From positions 64,001 to 128,000 of the IMG/VR virus record IMGVR_UViG_3300015371_000001: a DNA stretch of 64,000 nt, one strand, 5' to 3'. The notes under the pieces are model-generated. The model saw nothing but the letters and a program-made list of their open reading frames with translations. It did no database searches and had not been told where the DNA came from. The DNA is from a virus. Positions 1-9,000 of this stretch are shown here, piece after piece. Made by a program: the position numbers and the translations under genes. How positions within the stretch are numbered: the first letter of the stretch is position 1; each line of letters begins with the position of its first letter.

Positions 1-2
1 AT

Positions 3-179
3 GAGTCGGCGATGTGCTGCCACACCATCTGTCGGTACTGCGTGGCGAAGGTCCGGAAGGACGGCGGCTATAAGCACTGGAAGATCGCATCGGTCAGTGA
101 TCTCAAGTGGCCGATGGTTGCGGAGGCCGACGGCAAGAAGTTTGAGTACCAGGCGATAGCGATTGAGCCGGTGTCATGA
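3..179 (+). CDS. partial hypothetical protein (5' end outside window)
   Basis: Open frame ESAMCCHTICRYC...IEPVS*; its TGA overlaps the ATG at 176. Confidence 0.6.
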   Translation, partial: ESAMCCHTICRYCVAKVRKDGGYKHWKIASVSDLKWPMVAEADGKKFEYQAIAIEPVS

Positions 180-466
180 CCGGCTGGATCATCGCGCTCA
201 TCATCGGCCTCGGGTTCTACTGGATCACGATTAGGGACGAGGATGAGTGGCCACCGACGGTCAAGGACGCTTGGCGGTTGATGGTTTGGTACTGCTGGCT
301 GCTCTGGATTCCGACGCTCGTCCTGGAGTACGTGGGCCCGTGGCAGGGACCGATGCACCTGATTCACGGTGTGCTCACTATGCCGTACCTCTTGCTCATC
401 GCGGTGTACTTGTACTACTGGATCGACTGGCGGCTCCAGCGTCGTCACCGAAAGGAAATCTCATGA
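176..466 (+). CDS. small membrane protein (3 TM)
   Basis: Three hydrophobic segments; ATGA coupling to both neighbours. Confidence 0.75.
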   Translation: MTGWIIALIIGLGFYWITIRDEDEWPPTVKDAWRLMVWYCWLLWIPTLVLEYVGPWQGPMHLIHGVLTMPYLLLIAVYLYYWIDWRLQRRHRKEIS

Positions 467-945
467 GCGATCTGTATGAGCCGAACCACTACGCGAAGAT
501 CACCGAGGCGGTAGTCGACGCAACTCCACCGGAGCGAGTGCTGAACGCGCTGGGGCTCGATGACGGCAACACGGTGATCCGACGGGTCCGCACCAAGTAC
601 CAGGACAACGGTACGGCGAAGCATTCGCTCATCGAGCAGTCGGTCTCTTGGTTCCCGACCGACTACGGGGAGAAGGCTCCGAAGCTGTTGACGACCGACC
701 GCATCCGGGAGGGGACCTACCGCTACCTTGCCGACGCGCTCGACGTTCGGCTGTCGAAGGTGACTCACATCTTCGAGACGGACCTGGCGACTGAGTCGGA
801 GGCTGACACGCTGGGGCTCTATCACGGAGTCTCCCGAGCGAATCTGCCGGTGACCCCCGAGATCGTCCGTGGCCGACACCTGTTCGAGACCGACCAGGGC
901 CGTGTCATCGAGTTCGGTGAGTCGATCTCCTCGAACGAGCTATGA
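463..945 (+). CDS. stand-alone UTRA (GntR/HutC ligand-binding)-like domain protein
   Basis: RBS AAAGGA before ATG 463; pattern PPERV..ALGL....V.RR.R...IEQSVSWFP...GTYRYL..L...E......AT..EA..LGL resembles UTRA; no HTH. Confidence 0.6.
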   Translation: MSDLYEPNHYAKITEAVVDATPPERVLNALGLDDGNTVIRRVRTKYQDNGTAKHSLIEQSVSWFPTDYGEKAPKLLTTDRIREGTYRYLADALDVRLSKVTHIFETDLATESEADTLGLYHGVSRANLPVTPEIVRGRHLFETDQGRVIEFGESISSNEL

Positions 946-952
946 GGTAGCT

Positions 953-959
953 CCGATAA
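953..959 (+). promoter_or_regulatory. putative late promoter -10 element CCGATAA
   Basis: Recurs at gene boundaries (953, 19182, 21130, 40203, 42512; CCGATGA at 1312); here 7 nt before an RBS-less GTG. Confidence 0.55.
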
Positions 960-966
960 TTTCTGC

Positions 967-1212
967 GTGTCCGTAGATGCGCTTGAGGTGACGCCGGTCA
1001 GGTGTCCTAATGAGGATCTACGGAAGTTGATGTTTCAGGTCCGGTTCAACGGCGAGAAGCCGCGATACGTGGACGGCCTGGAGATCGAGTTGGCCTGTGA
1101 TGACTGCAAGCGGCTCTACCGACGGCAGGGGATGACCGTCAAGCGCGTACTCCATCGGTTCAACGTGCTCGGGGAGTGTACGGAGACCGTGATTGTCCGC
1201 GCCGGTCGTTGA
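967..1212 (+). CDS. small Cys-containing (Zn-ribbon-like) protein, probably leaderless
   Basis: RCP...CDDC motifs; no RBS; follows CCGATAA. Confidence 0.65.
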   Translation: MSVDALEVTPVRCPNEDLRKLMFQVRFNGEKPRYVDGLEIELACDDCKRLYRRQGMTVKRVLHRFNVLGECTETVIVRAGR

Positions 1213-1368
1213 CGACGACCCTGGCGACGAGGGGCTGTGGAGCCTCCTCGTAGAGGACGACATTTACGACGCAGATGTGGCCGCTTCCCTCGGGGAGGCT
1301 GAGACCCCGAACCGATGATCCTTCCAGACGAGATCAAGTCTGACCTCTCGCCTGTGAAGGAGATGTAG

Positions 1369-1944
1369 ATGGCGACCACGACTTTTGAGGGTTTCAGCAT
1401 CAGCCATGCTGCGATCCTCAACGGCACGACCGGCGCTGAGGAGACCTGGGGCGACATCTACGGCGTGCGCCAGGGCAGCCTTGAGATCGACTCGGACTCG
1501 TACGACAACACGGGTGACGACGCGGTCCTTTCGACCTGGTTCTGGTTCAACTTCGCGAACGTCACGATCCAGGGCGGTTACGTCCCGTTCGTGACGATGG
1601 CGAACCTGGCTGGTTCCACGGTCACCTCCTCCGGTACGGCCCCCAACGACTACTACAGCCTCCCGCTGTGGAACGAGGGTTCGCTGAACACCTCGCGGCG
1701 TCCCATGCTGGTCCGGGTGCCGTCGAAGGACAGCGCGGGCGTTGTCCGAACCCTTGACTTCGTGCTCTACAACGTGAGCTTCCAGCCGTTCAGCTTCGAC
1801 GGACCGACCTACAAGGACGGTCTGCTTCTGAACTACACCGGACGAGCCCTGATGTCGAGCACCAACGAGCGCGGCCAGGCTCTCTCTGAGCGCGCTATCG
1901 GTCGACTGATCAACCGTCCTTCGGGCACCACCGGAATCTTCTAA
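1369..1944 (+). CDS. major tail (tube) protein
   Basis: Strong RBS AAGGAG; beta-rich 191 aa; canonical position before chaperone and tape measure. Confidence 0.85.
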   Translation: MATTTFEGFSISHAAILNGTTGAEETWGDIYGVRQGSLEIDSDSYDNTGDDAVLSTWFWFNFANVTIQGGYVPFVTMANLAGSTVTSSGTAPNDYYSLPLWNEGSLNTSRRPMLVRVPSKDSAGVVRTLDFVLYNVSFQPFSFDGPTYKDGLLLNYTGRALMSSTNERGQALSERAIGRLINRPSGTTGIF

Positions 1945-1977
1945 TCCCTAGCCCCCTGAGGGCAGAAGGAGAGTCGC

Positions 1978-2682
1978 ATGACGACCAGAACCGAGGACTA
2001 CACCGGTCCGAGCAAGCCCGACGGCGAGCCGGTCGACCCGAAGGCTCCGGAGCACGATCCCGAGGACACTCCTCAGGACGATCCGGACACGGTTGCCCCC
2101 GTTTCACCGTCGGAGCCAGGGCCGACGCAGCCTGGCAAGGGCGATGAGGACAAGCAGCAGGTCGGCGTAGGCCGGGAGATGGACGCCATCGTCCCCATCT
2201 CGCCGATTGTGACGCTGTCCAACGGCACTGACGTGGAGGTTGTGCGGCTCAAGACGCGGGAGTTCTTCCGGCTCATGCGGATCATCACCCACGGCGCTCT
2301 GCCGTCGCTGATGTCCATGCAGGTCGACTTCGAGATCGAGGACGACCAGTTCATGCAGCGGCTCCTCTCGATCATCGTCATGGCTATCCCGGACTCGGAG
2401 AACGAGTCCATCGAGTTCATTCAGTCGGTCGTAGAGCCGACCGGGCTGATCGAGGGCAAGAAGCTGACCAAGACGCAGATCGAACACAACCTCCAGCGCC
2501 GGATCGATCTTCAGGAGATCCTGGCCAACCCTCCCATCGATGACACCTTGACGATCATCACCAAGGTGGTCGAGCAGGAGGCGGAGGACATTCAGGGCTT
2601 GGGAAAAAAGCTGCGGGCGATGTGGGACATGGCCCGAAAGACGGTCCAGACCCAAGACAAGAACGAGCAGAGCGAGAGCTAG
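1978..2682 (+). CDS. tail assembly chaperone (G)
   Basis: Lies between MTP and TMP; contains slippery GGGAAAAAAG at 2601-2610. Confidence 0.85.
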   Translation: MTTRTEDYTGPSKPDGEPVDPKAPEHDPEDTPQDDPDTVAPVSPSEPGPTQPGKGDEDKQQVGVGREMDAIVPISPIVTLSNGTDVEVVRLKTREFFRLMRIITHGALPSLMSMQVDFEIEDDQFMQRLLSIIVMAIPDSENESIEFIQSVVEPTGLIEGKKLTKTQIEHNLQRRIDLQEILANPPIDDTLTIITKVVEQEAEDIQGLGKKLRAMWDMARKTVQTQDKNEQSES

Positions 2683-3086
2683 CCGCGCTGGACCCTGGAC
2701 GGCTGGCTGGAGGACTCGCCAGAGCCTTCGACCTGATCGAGAAGGAGTACGGATGGTCCGACGATCAGGTGCTCGACCTGACGCTCCGGCGCATCCGGCA
2801 GATCCAGGCCGCGATCTTCCAGCGGCAGTACGTCGAGACGCGGCAACGTCGCTCAGAGATGTCCTGGCAGACGCGAATGTTGGCACAGATCATTGCTGCT
2901 GCTATGTCCGAGGCCGACAAGGAAGGCAACAACCCGCTCGGCGACATTGCAGCCGGACTGGACATGGACTTCCCAAGCACACCCGATGAGGTCAAGCAGA
3001 ACCGGAAGGAGGCTCCGCCGCCCGAGCCCAAGGCGGGGTCCTTCGAGAGGTTGATGGGCATGATGGGCCGGAACCTGGAGCAGTAG
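2601..3086 (+). CDS. tail assembly chaperone -1 frameshift extension (GT)
   Basis: G GGA AAA / A AAA AAG slippery site; the -1 frame is the ORF ending at 3086, directly abutting TMP. Confidence 0.85.
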   Translation, partial: GKKAAGDVGHGPKDGPDPRQERAERELAALDPGRLAGGLARAFDLIEKEYGWSDDQVLDLTLRRIRQIQAAIFQRQYVETRQRRSEMSWQTRMLAQIIAAAMSEADKEGNNPLGDIAAGLDMDFPSTPDEVKQNRKEAPPPEPKAGSFERLMGMMGRNLEQ

Positions 3087-6000
3087 ATGGCTGTCGATGC
3101 ACCTGGTGGAGATCGCCTTTACAAGGTGATCTACCAGGCCATTGCCGACTACTCGAAGTTCTTCCGCGAGACCGACAAGGCCAAGGCTCGGCTCAAGGAG
3201 GTCGGCAAGGCCGAGACGCAGGAGTCGCAGACCGCCACCTCGGCTAACAAAGAGGCGGAGAAGTCCACCACCTCGCGCTCGGACGCAGTCAAAGAGCTTC
3301 TGAAGAACATTCAGGACCAGAACGCTGCGACCAAGAAGCTGAGTGATGCCGATAAGGACCGGTCCCGGTCGGCCCAGCTTGCCGCCCGCATGGAGGACAA
3401 GCTGGCGGGGTCCCGCGAGAAGGTGGCGCGGGCGAACCTCGGGCTGTTGAAGGCGACCCAACAGCTACAGGTGGCGCAGAAGAACTACAACGACTCGCTC
3501 AAGACGGATGACATCGACAAGCACCACGCTGCCATCCTCCGGCTGAAGGACGCCGAGCTTCAACTGACGACGGCGACCAGACAGGTGTCGTCGTCCACGC
3601 TCCAACTGAATGACGACATCAAGCGCGTACGAGGCGGCGGCTGGGGCTCCTTTTTCAAGGAGATGGTCGGTGGCTTCGGTTCGATCTCAGCGGCGGCGGA
3701 GGACTTCCACGTCGTTATGGAGATCTTCAAGGAGCCGGTGCTGATCCTCGGTATCCAGGCGATTTTGGCAGCAGTCAACTCCCTGGCAGCCGGTCTCTTG
3801 AGCCTCGCTGGAGCGGTAGGTCCTGCTGTAGGAGCCCTAGGCACTTTGCCTGGGGCTTTTGTCGGTCTGGCCACCGTGATCGGTACCTTCACAGCCGGTC
3901 TCTCCGGCGTTGGTGAAGCCCTCAAGGCCCTGGGTGCGGCGCACGACTCGGCGGCGGCAGACGCCAAGGCTGATGCTCAGGCCCAGCAGCAGGCGGCGGA
4001 CCAGGTCCGGGCGGCTCAGGAGTCGCTGGCAGCGGCGCGGAGGACGCTGTCGGAGACCTACATCTCGTCGGCTGAATCGATCAAGTCGGCTGAGGAGCAG
4101 GTCGCTGCGGCGCAGCAGTCGGAGAAGGACGCTCAGGAAGCCCTCACGCAGGCCCGGAAGGACGCGGCTCTTGCCCTTCAGGATCTACGTGACCAGGTCG
4201 AAGGGCTGCGGCTCTCAGAGGAGCGCGCAGCACTGAGCCTGCGAGAGGCCCGACGCCGGTACATGGAGGTGCTGAACGACCCCAACTCCACCCGGCTGGA
4301 CATCGCTGACGCGGCTCTTGCTGTACGTGAGGCGGAGTACTCGCTGGAGCAGGCTCGCAAGGATGCGAAGCGGTCGGCTCAGGAGCTTCGCGAGGAGGAG
4401 AAGAAGGGGGTCAATCAGAGCGACGAGGTCGTCTCTGCTAGACAAAACCTGAAGGACGCAACCACCAACCTGGCGGACGCTCAGCAGAATCTTGCCGATA
4501 CACAGAGGCAGAGCGCACAGGCGATCAAGGATGCTCAGCGTGGGGTCAAAGACGCGGCACACGCTCTAACTGAGGCGCTACAGGCCCAGCAGGACGCCAC
4601 GGCTGGGCTGTCGACCAGCCAAGAGGCCCTGAAGCAGGCGATGAAGGACTTGTCGCCTGAGGCCCGGAAGTTCGTACGCGAGCTATACCGGATGAAGCCG
4701 ATTCTGGTGGACATCCGACAGGCGGCTCAGAAGGGGCTGTTGCCTGGGCTGGGGGAGGCCCTTGAGCACCTGAAGCCCTTGATCCCGACTGTCAAGAACG
4801 CCCTTCATGACATGGGCGAGGTGCTGGGGGACCTGGCCGTCAAGGGCGCGAAGATGGTCTCGTCCGGCCCGTGGCGACGAGACTTCAACCTGATCCTCCA
4901 GGACAACCTGGACTTGGTCGAGAAGTCTGGTACGGCGTTCTTCCAGATCGCTGATGCCTTCCGCCGTGTGGCTGTTGAGGCTCGTCCTCTGACCCATTGG
5001 TTCGGCGAGCTTATCGAGCAGTTTGGTGACTACATCGCCAAGTCGGCCAAGGTGAATCAGAAGAACGGCGATATGGCGGCGTTCTTCGAGCGGACCGAGG
5101 AGGTCCTGACCACCCTCGGTCACATCCTCAAGAACCTGGGTGAGATCTTCCTGGACGTTCTCGGTGCCGGGTCCGAAATGGGCCAGGGGCTCCTGGAGTC
5201 CTTCGACAAGCTGACCAGGAAGTGGGCTGACTGGACTGGCTCGATTGAGGGCCAGCACGCCATCGAGCACTGGTACGAGGAGTCGAGGCCGCTCCTCATC
5301 GAGATCCTGAAGCTGGTTCGTGATCTGGCTGCTGGGCTGTTCGAGGTCGGCGCGCACTCGGACATGACCAAGTTTGTTCACTTGATCCGAACCGAGCTAC
5401 TGCCAGCCGTTCTGGAACTGGCTCACCATGTGACCGGCGACCTGGGCGAGGCCCTGGTCCACCTGGCCACCGAGTTCGTCCACTTGTTCGACGTACTGGC
5501 TTACAGCGAGAACCAACTGTTCAAGGCGCTCGATGTCTTTACTGACTTCCTTCGAGTCATCAACTTCCTGATCGACAAGGTCCCGTTGGCGAAGCAGGCC
5601 ATCGGCATCTTCTTCACCGCCGTGGCGACCCTAGCGGCGCTGAAGCTGGTCGGTCTGCTGACCGGCTTCAGCAACTTGATCCGATTCACCGGGCAGCTTG
5701 GTGTCCAGGCCGGGTCGACTGGAGCCCTGACGCGCTACACCGACGGCTTGATCCTGATGAAGGACAAGGCGGTCCAGTCGGGCAAGGAAGTCACCGCTGC
5801 GTACGACACCATTAACAAGAAGGCTGTGGCCCTTCGTGGTGGTGCCGCGCTCCTCGGTGGGGCTATCGCGGCGTTGGGCACGCAGTTCGCCGGAACCCAG
5901 AAGGGGTCTCTGGCCACAAGTGCCAACGTGGCGTCTCAGGCCGTCTCTGGAGCCTTGCTGGGCTTCTCGGCTACCGGAGGCCCGTGGGGTGCTGCGATTG

Positions 6001-9000
6001 GCGCAGGAGCCGGTTTGCTGGCTGGGCTGGCGAGCGCCTTCCTGGATTCCAGCGATGCCGCTGACGAGGCGTCGGCGTCGGTGGGTGACTACACCAGCAC
6101 CTTGAACCAGATGAATGGGGCGGTCACTCAGTCGACCCGAGATCTGGCGGCTCAGAAGTTGCAGGCGCGCGGCACTCTGGACGCCGCTGACGAGCTTGGT
6201 CTGTCAACGCAGAAGTTGACTGACTTGGTGTTGAGCGGAGGCAAGGCGTATGACGAGTACGTCGCCAAGCTGGACAACCAAATCAATGCGCTCGACCAGC
6301 AGCGTGATGCCTTGGAGAACGCTGCCATCTCGTCTGGCGAATATAACGAAAAGAGCCGGGAGCAGCAGGATGCGCTCTCGAAGCGGATCGATCTTCTGAA
6401 CGATGTTCGGGAGGGGCTGACTGGTGAGCGCAATGACCTGAAGGACAGTGCAGATGCGCTGGACCAGAAGCGAGAGGCGACTGAGGATGACACCAACGCG
6501 CTGAAGGAACAGCGCGACATGCTCAATTCCGCCAAGGACGCGATTCTTGATTACAACAGCGCGCTCCTTGACGGACGAGGCAACGAGCGCGCCTACCAGC
6601 AGGCGATTGACGATGCCCGTAAGTCGCTGAAGGAGAACGGCGCGACGCTGGACTCCAACACGCAGGCTGGTCGTGACAATGCCGATGCATTGGACAACCT
6701 GGCGCAGACAGCGAAGGAATACCTCAACACGCTTCGGACCAAGGACCCCGACAAGTTCCTGGCGCAGTTGAAGGAGTCCAAGAGGCAACTTTATGAGACC
6801 GCCGTCAACTTCGGCATGGGCGAGAAGGCAGCGCACAAGTACGTCAACGAACTGCTCCACATCAAGCCCAAGGTCAAGACGGACCTGTTGTTCAACGCCA
6901 AGGACGCGATCTCCAAGGTCAAGAACTTCTCGAAGTGGTACAACAACCTCGATAAGCACAAGAAGTTGTTGGTCGATGTCTACCTTCGGCGTCGTGACAT
7001 CGCTACTCGGGTCAAGATCGCTGCGAACCCTGAGGCGTTCCATGCTGAGGGTGGCTACATCTCGGGACCAGGGACCGGCACTTCGGACTCGATTCCGGCT
7101 CGCCTGTCCGACGGTGAGTACGTCGTCAACGCCAAGGCGACACAGGCCAACCTCGGGCTGTTGGAGCGGATCAACAGTGGCCGGGGTAAGCGGTACGCCA
7201 GAGGTGGCAGGGTTCAGCGTTTCGCCACAGGCGGGATGGCGCAAGGGTGGCTTCAGTTCTTCGGCCTGTCGGCCAACTTCGGTGGGCTGGAGGCTGTCGC
7301 GCGAGCGGCTGCCCGGTCACTGAGCGGCGCGTTCAACTCGGTGAAGATCAAGAGCTTCCTGGCCGAGCCCATGAAGAAGGAGATCGGCAAGGTCAACGAG
7401 ATTCTGAAGCGGTTTAAGCCTCAGAAATCGTTCGAGACTCCGATCAAGGATGCGATCCGTGGGGTTAAGGAAGCCTTCAAGGGCTTCAAGATCAAGGATT
7501 GGGTCAACCGTCCGCTCCTTGAAGTGGCCAAGGATCTTCGGACATTCCTGAAGAATACTCTCAGTTCGTTCAAAGACAACGTTCGAGACATTAAGCAGGC
7601 CCTCGGCGACTTCAAGCCGAACGACTGGATCGCCAAGTCTCTGGACAACATGGTCGATGCGACCGACCGTGCGATGGACAAGATGCTGGACGCCTTCCAG
7701 CGAGGGACCGACAAGAGTGAGGGTGAGTTCGACCGGTTCTCCACCCAACTCGACCGGACCTGGACGCAGATCGAACGCTCCTTCGACCAGAGTCAGACCC
7801 AGATTCTCAATGGCTTCCAGCGCTTCGCCACCGGGTTGGGCAATACCTGGACCAAGATCCAGCACGAGATCGGTACGCCGGTCGCCTTCGTGGTCAACCG
7901 GATCATCAACGCCGGTCTGATCGGCCACCTCAACAAGATCCTCAAGCAACTGAACCAGAAGCAGTTGAACCCGAGCGGAGAGCTTCACTTCGCCCGAGGC
8001 GGTCACGTACCTGGGACCGGTAACAAGGACACCGTCCGGGCACGGCTCATGCCGGGTGAGTTCGTGCTGCGAAAGAAGGTCGCTCAGAAGATTGGGCGGA
8101 AGCCTCTGGAGTCGTTGAACGAACACCCATCGGGCGCTGGCGAGTGGTTTGGTCATGGTGGTCGGCCACGCCGATACGCCAAGGGTGGTCTGGTCAACCC
8201 GCACGGTAGGACCTACATCGACGGCGAGGCGCTGACCCGTCTGAGCGCGGCGATGATCCACTTGGGCGCTCGTATTCGGCATCACCCGTTCCACGTCATG
8301 CAGGGATCGTGGTCGACCTCGGTCGCAGCTTCCGGATCGACTCACGCAGGTGCCGGTGCCGCCGACGTGTCACCGTACGGCCTGTACGACGCGCTGGCGA
8401 TGCGGAAGGTCGGTTGGGCGGCATGGCCACGGAGCCCGAGTCAGGGTCCGTGGGGCTATCACATGCACCAGATCTCCCGGCTCGACACTGGCCTCAGCGG
8501 CGCGGCGCGTAGCCAGTTGTCCGAGTACAACCGGGGCTATGACGGCCTGGGCGCACGCGACCCGATCAAGCACCCGCCGCTGCTCCCCAACCTCCAGGAG
8601 TTGCTGGGTGTCAGCCTCAAGAACCTGAACCTCGGGGCGTTCACCTTCATCGACTACGCGCAGCAGTTGACCGACGCCTTGGAGCCGCTGCGTGACTCGA
8701 TGGCGGAGCACACCGACGGCGCTCCGCTTGGCAACTTGATTGCCGGTGCCGGTGGCTACGTCATGGACAAGGCCATCGACTTCATTCAGAAGCTCCAGGG
8801 CAAGGTCCAGGGCACCGGCTTTGGGCCAGGCGGCGGTCAGATCGGACCAGGTGGCGTCAAGGCGTACGCCAAGAGCCTGTTTGGCCGATACCATTGGGCT
8901 CCCTCGCAGTTCCCGCCACTGAACAAGTTGTGGATCAGAGAGTCCAACTGGAACTACCGGGCGACCAACCCGTCCAGCGGTGCGTACGGTATCCCGCAGT

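Noticed and set aside
6204-8345. Long minus-strand ORFs (e.g. 6204..7244, 7317..8345; also 39855..40952, 62376..63434)
   Set aside because: These are shadow ORFs opposite well-supported + strand genes in GC-rich DNA.
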